This document shows, one piece after another, positions 19,817 to 29,517 of a stretch of 64,000 nt of DNA. A model generated the notes under the pieces. That model ran no database searches, was not told the DNA's origin, and worked only from the letters and a program-made list of their open reading frames with translations. Every line of letters starts with the position of its first letter. The stretch's first letter is position 1. This DNA is from Escherichia phage SelmaRatti, in the sequence record MZ501103. The stretch is one strand, 5' to 3'. Position numbers and translations under genes: made by a program.

Positions 19817-20095
19817 ATGCGAATTTATAACTCAAATTCATTAGGATTTAAACCGTTGAGAAAACGTGCACAATCACCTCGTCAAATAAGAAAGGCTAAT
19901 ATTGGTGAGCCAGAAACACGTCTCCCACCTCCTCCAGAACAACGTTTAGTTTATCTGGATGAAGAATTAGCTGAACGCGAAAGAAAAGCTCAAGAAGAGA
20001 TTGAGCGTAAGAAAATGTGTACTGCTCCAGCGTATAATAAAGGAGCGTATCAATATGTTTCCGATGCAGAACAAGCCAAGATGGTTGGTAGATAA
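19817..20095 (+). CDS. hypothetical protein (92 aa)
   Basis: ORF after promoter and RBS GAGGAGGG. Confidence 0.5.
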   Translation: MRIYNSNSLGFKPLRKRAQSPRQIRKANIGEPETRLPPPPEQRLVYLDEELAERERKAQEEIERKKMCTAPAYNKGAYQYVSDAEQAKMVGR

Positions 20096-20178
20096 TTTTT
20101 AAAAAATTCAGTTGCTAAACGCTTCAAATTCTCGTATAGTATACTTCATAAATTGATAAACAAAAAGGAAAACAAATA

Positions 20179-20694
20179 ATGGCTAAGCAGAAAAACGCAA
20201 AAACTCAAGCAGCTACTACAGTTAAAACTTTCCCGCAGACTGAGGCTAACCGCAAAGCTCGTCTGGAACGCCACCTGCGCAAGCACCCTACTGATGCTCA
20301 AGCTGCACAGGCACTGAATCGTCCGGCTCCTATTCGTCAAAAGCCGAAGGCTAAGAATGCTACTCGTTCTGTAGCCCGCCTTGTGACCTATGTACAGGGT
20401 TATGGTCACAAATCTGTTCCAGTAACACTGAGTTTCAATGCTGGAGCTGAATTGTTCTCTCGTAATGGCATGGCCATGAAAGATTATGAGAAAGCAGTTA
20501 ACCAGAAGCGTAAACCAACGGCAGATGTACTGCGTGATGCTCGTGGACAGTTTGGTTCTGTTAAGCCAAATATCTTCGGTGTAGAGTATAGCAAAGATAA
20601 CGTTCGTGCTCTGTGCTACGGTGTAGGGATTAAATTCACGGGCGATTCTGCTCGTAAATCTGCTAAACCAGCTCGTAAACGTAAAGCGAAGTAA
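20179..20694 (+). CDS. hypothetical basic protein (171 aa), possible nucleic-acid binder
   Basis: ORF; Lys/Arg-rich termini. Confidence 0.55.
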   Translation: MAKQKNAKTQAATTVKTFPQTEANRKARLERHLRKHPTDAQAAQALNRPAPIRQKPKAKNATRSVARLVTYVQGYGHKSVPVTLSFNAGAELFSRNGMAMKDYEKAVNQKRKPTADVLRDARGQFGSVKPNIFGVEYSKDNVRALCYGVGIKFTGDSARKSAKPARKRKAK

Positions 20695-20700
20695 TAGATA

Positions 20701-20726
20701 AGAGGGGCTTTCGCCCCTCTTAGTTT
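20701..20726 (+). terminator. rho-independent terminator
   Basis: AGAGGGGC-TTTC-GCCCCTCT hairpin then TAGTTT. Confidence 0.65.
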
Positions 20727-20735
20727 GGAGAAACT

Positions 20736-20957
20736 ATGCGTAATTTTGTAGTAAAGAATGATTTTAACCGTGCTAGCACTCATAAGTCTGCTAGAGATTA
20801 CACACGACTTTCTAGTCATGAGATAATGGATTTAGCAGTGGATGAGTTAGACTTAGATGACCTCTCTATGGAAGAGAACTGGGATGTCAGTGAAGATATG
20901 CTTCCTGGTTTTAAAGACCCCAAGAAGTGGGAGTCTATTAAAGAGACAACTCTTTAA
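20736..20957 (+). CDS. hypothetical protein (73 aa)
   Basis: ORF. Confidence 0.45.
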   Translation: MRNFVVKNDFNRASTHKSARDYTRLSSHEIMDLAVDELDLDDLSMEENWDVSEDMLPGFKDPKKWESIKETTL

Positions 20958-20985
20958 TAGTTTTCTACACAATAAAGGATAAGTT

Positions 20986-21687
20986 ATGAAAGTAAAACCA
21001 TTTGGTATGCTAGATATTGAATCTCTAGGAACTCCAGGAGATTGTGGTACTACTCATATTGTAATGCCTTCTTTCGCTTTTGTGGCTATGCACGGAATTG
21101 ATAAAGATCCTGGTCTAGTGTTTGTTACTTTAGATGTACAAGATCAGCTTAATTCTGGAGCTAAAGTTACGGCATCTACTCTAGCATTCTGGATGGATCA
21201 AGCTAAACATAGCCCGTCTGCTGTCCACATTATGGAAGCTATGAAGGAACGTAATCCAAAACTGATTGCCTTCCAAAATGGTAAACATTATTGCACTAAT
21301 AAATTAGGCTCAAACTATGCTGCCTTCTCTATGGCTAAAAACATTATGGAATCGGCTCTAGGAGAGAATGCTCTATACTACGGCAATGGCCCGGAGTTTG
21401 ATATGACTATCTACTCTGCAAATACGTTCCACGCGGGAACTCACGAAGAGGTAGTTCCGTGGAAATTCTGGAACTTAGGTAATGTTCGATCTATACGCAA
21501 TCTTTGGATGCAGGCTGGCTATAGTTATAAAGATCTAGAAGCCGAAGGTATTAGCTGGGCAATAGCTAAAATGGAGAAGATGGACACCATTCGTTATGGG
21601 ATCTATCCGGTTAAGCATGATCCAGCATTCGATGCCTTAGTTGAGAGCTATTGTATTGCAGCTATGATCGAAAAAATGAAAATTTGA
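20986..21687 (+). CDS. hypothetical protein (233 aa)
   Basis: ORF with RBS AAAGGA. Confidence 0.55.
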   Translation: MKVKPFGMLDIESLGTPGDCGTTHIVMPSFAFVAMHGIDKDPGLVFVTLDVQDQLNSGAKVTASTLAFWMDQAKHSPSAVHIMEAMKERNPKLIAFQNGKHYCTNKLGSNYAAFSMAKNIMESALGENALYYGNGPEFDMTIYSANTFHAGTHEEVVPWKFWNLGNVRSIRNLWMQAGYSYKDLEAEGISWAIAKMEKMDTIRYGIYPVKHDPAFDALVESYCIAAMIEKMKI

Positions 21688-21774
21688 TTTGCTTCCGGCT
21701 CCAAAATTCTGTATAATATATTCATAAATTTGAGAAAACAATAAAAAAAAGAAAACAATAAAAGGAAAACAAAT

Positions 21775-21957
21775 ATGCCAGTATCTAAAAATGTTCGTAA
21801 AAATGGTAAGAAAGCTACTCGTAACCTGGGTATCCGTCGTATGGCTGAACGTCAATCAGGTGTCCAGAAAATCTTTGATCTGCTAAATCGTGCTAATCCT
21901 AAAATTGATAACAGTAACGATACTGTTCTGCGCACTCTGCTGGCAATTGGTCTGTAA
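21775..21957 (+). CDS. hypothetical small basic protein (60 aa)
   Basis: ORF after T5-type promoter at about 21690-21725. Confidence 0.45.
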   Translation: MPVSKNVRKNGKKATRNLGIRRMAERQSGVQKIFDLLNRANPKIDNSNDTVLRTLLAIGL

Positions 21958-22010
21958 TAAACCAAGTTTAAACAAATTCAAATCTCAAATTTCATATAAG
22001 GAAGCAAATA

Positions 22011-22649
22011 ATGACTACTAGTATTTCTAAAACTCGCGCTCTGGCAACTATCAAATCTCTGGAAGCTAAAATCCGTAAAGCTACTGAACAACAGCTTCTG
22101 ATCGCTGTTGGTGAAGGTAAGGATAAAAATAAGGTTGTAGTTGGCGCTGCAATCGAAGTAGACGATCTGTCTGCTCGTATTAAGACTGATTTCCAGTCTC
22201 TGCTGGATATGATGTCCCAGCGTGATCGTATCAAAGCTGCTCTGATTAAAAGCAATGCTGAAACAATCGTTGAGATTGGCTCTCGTAAGATGACTGTTGC
22301 GGAAGCAATTGAAGCTAAGCGTTCTATGGAACTTAAAGCCCAACTGCTGGATAACATGCGTAAGCAGTTCCATGCCGCTACGGTTAAGTTTAATACGCAG
22401 AAAGCACAGTTTGATGCTAAATATGAGCGTTTGCAGGATAGCATGGCTACCCGCGATAAGAAAACTTCCGAAGATGAAGTTAAAATGCAGCTCAACCTGC
22501 TGGAACTCAAGAATACTCCATTCTTGATTGACCCGCTGGAACTGGAAAAGCTGATTAAGCAGCACGACGAGGAATACCAGGACTTTGCAACAAATGTTGA
22601 CTTTGTTCTGTCCGAGTCTAACGCCTCTACCTTTATTGAAGTAGAGTAA
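22011..22649 (+). CDS. hypothetical protein (212 aa)
   Basis: ORF with RBS AAGGAAG; antisense ORFs 21978-22790 and 21992-22510 rejected. Confidence 0.55.
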   Translation: MTTSISKTRALATIKSLEAKIRKATEQQLLIAVGEGKDKNKVVVGAAIEVDDLSARIKTDFQSLLDMMSQRDRIKAALIKSNAETIVEIGSRKMTVAEAIEAKRSMELKAQLLDNMRKQFHAATVKFNTQKAQFDAKYERLQDSMATRDKKTSEDEVKMQLNLLELKNTPFLIDPLELEKLIKQHDEEYQDFATNVDFVLSESNASTFIEVE

Positions 22650-23091
22650 TAATTTAAAAGCTAGTAAATCGGTAGACGAAAGCCCAAGCATCTTACCTCG
22701 CAGCAGCGGTTGAAATACGAGGTTAAATAAGACCGCTGACCATACTATAAAGTATAATCTATTGGAGATTATGTTTATTACATCAGACACTTAATCTGAC
22801 ACGTAAAAACAAAGCGTCGTTGATATTACCGACACAACTTCAAAGATCAACATTTAAGTATGAAAGCTGAAAAGTTTAAAGAACTCAAACTTCTAAACTT
22901 CTAAAGCTAAAAGATGCAAAGTATTCGTTGATGATTCAAACCCTAGATCAAAGGTACATGGCTCGTAAGATATGGCCTGTGGCGCCTCTAGGCTGTTTAT
23001 CGGTTTACTAGTTTCACAATTTAAAAATGTATTTGCTAATCTACTAAATTATATGTATAATATATTTTTAAATTGATGAAACGAGGCTATT

Positions 23092-23913
23092 ATGGGTAAA
23101 TTACAAAAACAAATACTACCATATATAGATTATATTCGAGAAATTATAAAATATAATCCTTATACCGGTAAATTATTTTATAAGCCTAATAAATACAAGA
23201 ATAAAACTTGGCACACCCTATATGCTGGGAGAGAAATATGTAGTAAGAACTCTAATGGGTACATCAGAGTTAGCTTGCTCTTAGGTAATAAACCCACAAT
23301 TATTTATGGGCACCGAATAGCGTGGTTGCTCCATTATGGTGAAGAGCCACCTGATATGATCGACCATATAAATACCATACCGTGGGATAACAGAATTCTT
23401 AATCTAAGAGAGACAAATTTTAAGTTAAATAGGATTAATACTGATAAAACCGTAGGTGTAGAACTCCTCTCCGAGGGTTTTGTGTATAGCATTACATTAG
23501 GTGGAAAGTTTTTCGTATCTCCTGGCTTCACCACTTTCGAACAAGCTAAAGGGGAAAGAGAAAAACTAGTAAATGGTTTATGTAATGCAGAAATTGGGAA
23601 GCAGACCAATATTCTAATAGACGATGTTAGAGATCTACCTGAAATGTCCATTATTTGTCGTACAGTTATAGGTGCGCTGGAACTATCAGATATGTTTAGT
23701 TTCACAGGATCCTATTTATTTATGGACTCAGATTTAGGGGATCCAGAGGTACAAGGAAAAGATTTATTAGATCATATACTATTTTTAGGTCAAAGACCAC
23801 TAAAAGTGGTTCTAGTAACATCTAATCCTGTTGACGCAGAGTACATGAGAGGAACCCTTACGTCTTATGGATACCGAGAAAATCCCAATAGATTAGAATA
23901 TGATCTATTTTAA
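23092..23913 (+). CDS. HNH homing endonuclease
   Basis: GHRIAWLLHYGEEPPDMIDHINTIPWDNRILNLRE HNH-type motif. Confidence 0.65.
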   Translation: MGKLQKQILPYIDYIREIIKYNPYTGKLFYKPNKYKNKTWHTLYAGREICSKNSNGYIRVSLLLGNKPTIIYGHRIAWLLHYGEEPPDMIDHINTIPWDNRILNLRETNFKLNRINTDKTVGVELLSEGFVYSITLGGKFFVSPGFTTFEQAKGEREKLVNGLCNAEIGKQTNILIDDVRDLPEMSIICRTVIGALELSDMFSFTGSYLFMDSDLGDPEVQGKDLLDHILFLGQRPLKVVLVTSNPVDAEYMRGTLTSYGYRENPNRLEYDLF

Positions 23914-23925
23914 GGAGTAAAAAGA

Positions 23926-24375
23926 ATGAAGGCAGCTTTGCTTTTAGTAGCTGCCCTTACCTTCAGCTTTAGTAGTCAGGCATCGCACGATGCAAAAGAA
24001 ATAGATTGCATTGCTAAAAATATCTATTTCGAAAGTCGTGGTGAGGGCATAAAGGGAATGACGGCGATTGCACATGTTACTAAAAACCGTGTAAACTCCG
24101 GTAAATTCCCAGATTCCTACTGTAAAGTATTATATCAGTCTAACCAGTTCTCTTGGGTATCTAAGAGACCAAAAGTTGATAAAACTGATGAGGCTTGGCA
24201 AACCGCCAAGAATTTAGCTAGAGTGATATACTACGTTGATTTACCACAAGATCCTACACATGGAGCACTATACTTCCATAGTGGTAAAGATAAACCTTAC
24301 TGGACAAAGAAGTTTAAGAAAACAACTAAGATTAAGGGACATACGTTTTATAAACCTGTTGTCACTAAAACTTAA
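23926..24375 (+). CDS. secreted SleB/CwlJ-like cell-wall hydrolase
   Basis: Signal peptide MKAALLLVAALTFSFSSQA; AKNIYFESRGEG...AIAHVTKNRV...FP.S.C.VLYQSNQFSWV. Confidence 0.75.
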   Translation: MKAALLLVAALTFSFSSQASHDAKEIDCIAKNIYFESRGEGIKGMTAIAHVTKNRVNSGKFPDSYCKVLYQSNQFSWVSKRPKVDKTDEAWQTAKNLARVIYYVDLPQDPTHGALYFHSGKDKPYWTKKFKKTTKIKGHTFYKPVVTKT

Positions 24376-24386
24376 AAATTTATTAA

Positions 24387-25076
24387 ATGAAAAAATTAAC
24401 ACAGGAAGAAGTAGAGAGTTACCTAGTTAGTAGAGGCTTATTCACTAATGATAAGTATACTAATACTAGGACTAAAATGCAGTTCTGTTGCACCTATGGA
24501 CATGTTTTTAATGCTACCCTAAATAATATTAGGAACGGAAGAGGTTGTCCCTACTGCTATGGAAATGTTAGGTACACTCAAGAACAAGTATCTGAATATT
24601 TGCGTAGTTTAGGATATTACACCATTACCAAATATATAAATAATAACTCTAAGCTACAACTTACTTGTAGTAAGGGGCATGTATGGATTACCACTTTTAG
24701 TGCCATAAAAAATATGGGTAATAGATGCCCTGAGTGCTCCAATATATGGAGCGATGGTGGGATACTTTATATAATAACTAGTTCATTAGGTACAAAAATA
24801 GGAATTACTAATTCTCCTGCTCGTAGGTTAAGGGATTTGATTACTGCATCCGGGGATCCCACAGCTAAGTATTATGGTCATTATACATATGGTAGCTCTT
24901 CTAAATCAGAAACCCTTGCTTTAGAGAAGAAGGCACATATGTATTTTAAAAGTCATAATTGTGGTTATAGTGGATTTGCTGGATCTACTGAATACTTTAA
25001 TATTTCCACCGAAGAGGCAGAAGAATTCCTCTTGAAAGAGGGGGCCACAATAGTACAGAAAGAGGGTGGTTTATGA
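24387..25076 (+). CDS. T5orf172-type endonuclease-like protein
   Basis: Paralog of 9649-10512: GH.W/GCPxC zinc ribbons plus ILYIITSSLGTKIGITNSPARRL. Confidence 0.6.
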   Translation: MKKLTQEEVESYLVSRGLFTNDKYTNTRTKMQFCCTYGHVFNATLNNIRNGRGCPYCYGNVRYTQEQVSEYLRSLGYYTITKYINNNSKLQLTCSKGHVWITTFSAIKNMGNRCPECSNIWSDGGILYIITSSLGTKIGITNSPARRLRDLITASGDPTAKYYGHYTYGSSSKSETLALEKKAHMYFKSHNCGYSGFAGSTEYFNISTEEAEEFLLKEGATIVQKEGGL

Positions 25077-25242
25077 AGAACTTGATCGTCATTGGTGTTA
25101 ATACTCGCGGTATTCGTACTACGAAAACTGTTAAAACTTCCAACGTTGCTGAGATCACTACGAACCCTAAGAAGTTTGATTTCGCTAAAGTCTCGGCAGT
25201 TATGACAGAACAATCTTTTAACCAAGCACTGGGAATTAAATA

Positions 25243-25686
25243 ATGGAAGAGAATATTCTAGATGTTTTGCGTAGGGCTTTGCAGGGATCTAAGGTTGATG
25301 GTTCTGATAAAGAAGTAGCTAAAAGCTACCAGACCATAATCGGAGATCTTCAGCGTGTTGATAAAGACTTCATTACTTCTGAACAGTTTGTATCTTATCT
25401 AAAAGCTCAACTGAAAAGCATTAATCAGACGAAAGCTAAACTTCACGGTCAAGACCTTGATAATTATAGCTTGCAGTCTGCTCAGTATGAATATATACTG
25501 AACAAATGGTTACAGCAGTATTTGCCACCTCAGTTATCTGATTCTGAGATTCGCAAATACTTTGCAGAATTAGTTAAGTTGAACCCTGGGATTACAAAAG
25601 GTATGCTGATGAAAGCGATTAAGGAAGAATTTCCTGGGCGTTATGATGGTGGTACTGCTGCTCAGATTGCTGGCGAATTTAATTAA
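25243..25686 (+). CDS. GatB/YqeY-domain protein
   Basis: C-terminal LPPQLSDSEIRKYFAELVKLNPGITKGMLMKAIKEEFPGRYDGGTAAQIAGE resembles YqeY. Confidence 0.55.
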   Translation: MEENILDVLRRALQGSKVDGSDKEVAKSYQTIIGDLQRVDKDFITSEQFVSYLKAQLKSINQTKAKLHGQDLDNYSLQSAQYEYILNKWLQQYLPPQLSDSEIRKYFAELVKLNPGITKGMLMKAIKEEFPGRYDGGTAAQIAGEFN

Positions 25687-25694
25687 AAATTTAC

Positions 25695-25723
25695 TTGCTA
25701 AATGCTTATAAATTCTGTATAAT
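25695..25723 (+). promoter_or_regulatory. T5-type early promoter
   Basis: TTGCTA-17-TATAAT followed by the recurrent CATAAATT box. Confidence 0.65.
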
Positions 25724-25800
25724 ATATTCATAAATTAGAGAGTAATTCTTCTCTAATTTATTAAATAGTGGGGTGTGGAAATCACTTATGTAGTAACACT

Positions 25801-25872
25801 GCCGTCCTAGTATAATTGGTATTATCAAGCCGTAACTGGTGGAAGATGTAGGTTCGAATCCTACGGTCGGTA
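25801..25872 (+). pseudogene. tRNA-like element, degenerate (no clean anticodon arm)
   Basis: Perfect T-arm GTAGG-TTCGAAT-CCTAC and 6/7 acceptor pairing, but D and anticodon stems do not fold canonically. Confidence 0.35.
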
Positions 25873-26375
25873 AGAACTGGATAACTGATGCTTTTAACGT
25901 AAAAGCTTCCGAGGTTAGTTGCGCACTGCCTAAACCACGCGGTAGTTGGTTCCAGACTAACCAACCAGTCTGCTGAATAGTTTTATTACGATTTAACTAT
26001 GTCCAGGCTAAAGAAGAACTTTAGAAGGTATTTCTAGGGTAGTGAAGTTCTTTCTCCATATCGGAGTAGTTTTTCAGGCTATCCACAAAGTGGGAAATGC
26101 TGACATGAGAGATGTCACTAATGGTGCACAATAGCACAGGTAATTCGCGATAACTCCTGTTGAGTAGCAGCAAAAGGCGGGAAGTCATGACCCCAAGCCT
26201 AACCGAGTCCTCAATATACCGCAGGACATAACCACTAAGTCACCCTGACTTAAACTGGAAAATAATAGACGTTACCGTATTTTGTCTTGAAATACTTAAT
26301 GAGTGAGACTTATGACTCTCCCGGTATCGTCTGTATTTTTAAGAGTTTTTACGAGAGTTCTTAAAAATACTTAAA

Positions 26376-26450
26376 CGGGGTGTAGTCTAAGGGAGAGGCA
26401 GGAGTCTTCTAAATTCCTTTATGCAGGTTCGAATCCTGTCACCTCGGCCA
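26376..26450 (+). tRNA. tRNA-Arg(TCT)
   Basis: Hand-folded cloverleaf: acceptor CGGGGTG/CACCTCG, anticodon loop CTTCTAA, T-loop TTCGAAT, encoded CCA. Confidence 0.65.
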
Positions 26451-26484
26451 ATTTTATTAACTGTAACTAAAACAAAGGAAATAT

Positions 26485-27432
26485 ATGTTTAATACTAAAA
26501 ATATGAAAGAACTAACTTCTGAGCAGAAAGTAATTCGTACTATTAAACGTTGGGGGATTGGTGCTGTAGTTGGTTTAGCAGGTTTAATCCTAGCTTTTAA
26601 TTCATATACTATTGTTTCTGATGGTACGGTTAAAACTCAAACATTCCTGGGTAAAGTAGACCCTAATCCAGTATTACCTGGTTTCCATATTGTAAACCCG
26701 TTTGCATCTTTCGATACTTTCAGTACAAAAGATATTGCTGTAAAATTAGATAAACTTCAGGTTCCTAGTCAGGATAAGTTTAAATCCACTGTTGACCTGA
26801 CTGTTATGTTACAATTTGATGGTTCTAAGGCACCGATCAACCGTATTAATGCAGGTACTCAGGATCAGGCTCTAGATAAGTACGTAACTGAAAAATTACT
26901 GTCCACTATTCGTGAGTTCGGTAAGTCTGTACCTAAAGCACAAGATTTATTTGATGCTAAAATTCAGGCTCAATTGCAAACTGCAATTCAACAGGAAGTT
27001 GAAGAGTATGCACGCCCATATGGTTACACAGTTAAGCAGGTATTCCTTCAGGATATTACTTTGCCACCGGTAATCATGGAACAGGTACAGAATACCAAAG
27101 TTCGTGAAGAACAGGTTAATGCTGCTAAAGCTGAATTAGCTCGTGTTGAACAGGAAGCACAGCAAAAAGTTAAACAAGCAGAAGCAGATCGTGAAGCTCG
27201 CAACAACCAAGCTATCGCTAATGAACGTGACGCAGATGCTAAACTGTACGCAGCTAAGAAAGAAGCTGAAGCTAACGCCGCACTGCAACGTACCATTACT
27301 CCTGAGATGATTCGTTGGAAACAACTGGAAGTTGAGATGATTCGTGCTCAGAAATATCAAGGTGGTGTGCCGCAGACTGTGGTTGGCACTGGTTACGATG
27401 GCCAGATGATTATGGATATGCGTAATAAGTAA
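26485..27432 (+). CDS. SPFH/band-7 (prohibitin/HflKC-like) membrane protein
   Basis: N-terminal TM helix, SPFH-like core, long Ala/Glu/Gln coiled coil. Confidence 0.7.
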   Translation: MFNTKNMKELTSEQKVIRTIKRWGIGAVVGLAGLILAFNSYTIVSDGTVKTQTFLGKVDPNPVLPGFHIVNPFASFDTFSTKDIAVKLDKLQVPSQDKFKSTVDLTVMLQFDGSKAPINRINAGTQDQALDKYVTEKLLSTIREFGKSVPKAQDLFDAKIQAQLQTAIQQEVEEYARPYGYTVKQVFLQDITLPPVIMEQVQNTKVREEQVNAAKAELARVEQEAQQKVKQAEADREARNNQAIANERDADAKLYAAKKEAEANAALQRTITPEMIRWKQLEVEMIRAQKYQGGVPQTVVGTGYDGQMIMDMRNK

Positions 27433-27571
27433 TATCCACGCGTAATATTCGAAGTAAGCCCTGTGTTTCCTGGAGAGCGCAGGCAATTAAATGAATTTAT
27501 ATAAAATTTTGCTTGTTTTTGCGCGTAAAATTTTATATAATATTTACTCAAATTTGGAAGAATACGTTAAC

Positions 27572-27943
27572 ATGAATACTAATAAGAAAGGAAATATAGG
27601 GCTAGGAAGTGCGATTGCTCACTTTACTAGTAAAGGTTTGATTGTTTCACTACCTTTAAATGACAGTCAAGATTACGATCTAATCGTAGATATGGGGGGT
27701 ACTCTAAATAAAGTTCAGGTGAAATATACCTCCCAAAAGGCACCCTCTGGTAGTTATATTCTAGCTATGAGAAGTACAAGTGGCACTTCTAGAGTAGCGT
27801 ATAAGACTCTTAATGAAACTAATATTGATTTAGTGTTTGTGTATACTGATCAGTATCAGTTGTTAATTCCAATTAAGAAATTAACTAATAAAAATCAAAC
27901 TACCCTTACTAAAGAATTAGTACAAGAATTCCGAGTTATATAA
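27572..27943 (+). CDS. hypothetical protein, possible PD-(D/E)xK-like fold (123 aa)
   Basis: Start moved to ATG 27572 downstream of a T5-type promoter; DYDLIVDMGG...KVQVK resembles D-x-D/E-x-K. Confidence 0.4.
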   Translation: MNTNKKGNIGLGSAIAHFTSKGLIVSLPLNDSQDYDLIVDMGGTLNKVQVKYTSQKAPSGSYILAMRSTSGTSRVAYKTLNETNIDLVFVYTDQYQLLIPIKKLTNKNQTTLTKELVQEFRVI

Positions 27944-27945
27944 AA

Positions 27946-28035
27946 GGAAGAATACGTTAAAAGGTAAACGAGCTGATTGCTAATCAGTAGCTCTGAAATA
28001 TAGCCTTGTGGGTTCGATTCCCACTTCTTCCGCCA
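27946..28035 (+). tRNA. tRNA-Ser(GCT), long variable arm
   Basis: Acceptor GGAAGAA/TTCTTCC, D-stem CGTT/AACG, anticodon loop TTGCTAA, T-arm GTGGG-TTCGATT-CCCAC, CCA encoded. Confidence 0.7.
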
Positions 28036-28041
28036 AACATA

Positions 28042-28116
28042 GGGTCGGTAGCTTAAAGTTAAAGCGGTGGCCTCATAAGCTAACGAGTAGGAGTTAGATT
28101 CTCCTCCGACCCACCA
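28042..28116 (+). tRNA. tRNA-Met or Ile2 (CAT)
   Basis: Acceptor GGGTCGG/CCGACCC, anticodon loop CTCATAA, unusual T-loop TTAGATT, CCA encoded. Confidence 0.6.
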
Positions 28117-28291
28117 AATTAAGGAAATAAGATGTATAGACATCCACCTCCGCCAACACGTCGTTCTAGAGAAGTTATCCTCATGGAATTGACTAAAAAC
28201 TTCAAGGCAACTCTTGAAGATAGAGATTTAGGCACAGATGAAGATGTTGATTTCATCTGTAAACTATTAAAAATGAAACTGGAGAAACAAC

Positions 28292-28498
28292 ATGGCTAAT
28301 CCTGAAATTACCGCACAACGTTTCATGCTTAAAGGCATGATTGCTGAGGCAGGTATGACTCAAGAAGTTGTAGATTTTCAAAAGCAATTCCTCAATATTC
28401 TCACTCAAGCCAAAGAGCTAGGAGAGAAAGAACATGGAGCAGCAATTATGGCTATATCTCTTATTAGTCTAGACTTGGCTGAAGAATCAGGAGTTTAA
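28292..28498 (+). CDS. hypothetical protein (68 aa)
   Basis: ORF with RBS GGAGAAA. Confidence 0.45.
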   Translation: MANPEITAQRFMLKGMIAEAGMTQEVVDFQKQFLNILTQAKELGEKEHGAAIMAISLISLDLAEESGV

Positions 28499-28528
28499 CT
28501 CCTCCAAGCAGAAATTTTAAAAATGTAC

Positions 28529-28558
28529 TTGCCTTTTGCTTTAAATTTCTGATATAAT
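28529..28558 (+). promoter_or_regulatory. T5-type early promoter
   Basis: TTGCCT-18-TATAAT then ATAAATTGATGAG. Confidence 0.6.
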
Positions 28559-28587
28559 AGTTATATAAATTGATGAGAGGAATCAGA

Positions 28588-28863
28588 ATGTCAAAACGTG
28601 TTACAGCAACTGGTATTGAAAGTGTAATCTGCAAATCCTGGGAAGACAGGGAAGGTGAGATTGAATGGCTTTATTTCTATGATGTAGAACTTCTACCGGA
28701 AGTTAAAGCTAAATGTATTGAAGCTGGTATGGCTCCTGATGCTACTGCTGATGTTGAGATTATCATGAATAAGCTAGAGGGTCTGGTAATCACTGTTAGT
28801 GATGAGGGCGAAGAAGTCTTCGAACTTCCGTTCTCCTTAACTGTCACTCCTAAGTTCGACTAA
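28588..28863 (+). CDS. hypothetical protein (91 aa)
   Basis: ORF; start at ATG 28588 after RBS GAGG. Confidence 0.5.
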   Translation: MSKRVTATGIESVICKSWEDREGEIEWLYFYDVELLPEVKAKCIEAGMAPDATADVEIIMNKLEGLVITVSDEGEEVFELPFSLTVTPKFD

Positions 28864-28991
28864 CTAATACAGCACTGAGCAAGTTCTTCAAAATTTTACT
28901 TGCTCAGTGCCATAAAACTTGATATAATAGTTATCTAATTTGGAAACATATTTAAAAGTGTTTAAACTAGTATTTGAATACTTTTAAATGT

Positions 28992-29075
28992 GCATCGTTG
29001 GCAGAATGGCTATTGCAGCGGTCTGTAAATCCGTGCCCTTCGGGGTTGGTGGTTCAAATCCATCACGATGCACCA
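28992..29075 (+). tRNA. tRNA-Tyr(GTA), long variable arm
   Basis: Acceptor GCATCGT/ACGATGC, anticodon loop CTGTAAA, variable hairpin GCCCTTCGGGGT, T-arm GGTGG-TTCAAAT-CCATC, CCA. Confidence 0.65.
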
Positions 29076-29434
29076 AATTAAAGGAGCTGCTGATGCATCC
29101 TGAAAACTTCTTTATTTACTGCGAGGATAAGTAGCTGAAACGTAGAATTAACAAAGTCTATCATTATCGTGCTAGTCAACAGCCTTATATATACGCTTTT
29201 GACGGTGATCACATTCCACTAGAACAATTATCCTGTGATTACATGATATTGAAGAACTTTGACGAGACAAAGATCTCAAGCGTTCATAATCGACAGAATC
29301 CATTAACGTGGAAATATAAGAAGAAAAAGAAAGGCATCAAATTCTTAAAAAATGTAGTTGCTTAGTTTCCAAAAGTTCTGTATAATAATTACATAAATTG
29401 AACTGGAGAAGCAACATGACAGAACAAGGTAAAT

Positions 29435-29507
29435 CGACCGTTGGCTGAATTGCTTAGGTGAAGGATTGCAAATCCTTTTTATGTGAGTTCAAATCTCATG
29501 CGGTCGT
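29435..29507 (+). tRNA. tRNA-Cys(GCA)
   Basis: Anticodon arm AAGGA-TTGCAAA-TCCTT, T-arm GTGAG-TTCAAAT-CTCAT, acceptor 6/7 pairs; D-arm irregular. Confidence 0.55.
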
Positions 29508-29517
29508 CTAAATTTTA

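Noticed and set aside
21978-22790. 270-aa and 172-aa minus-strand ORFs antisense to 22011-22649
   Set aside because: No RBS or promoter in that orientation; the plus-strand gene has promoter, RBS and operon context, and the antisense frames are low-complexity (Leu/Ser/Phe-rich), as expected for reverse frames of AT-rich coding DNA.
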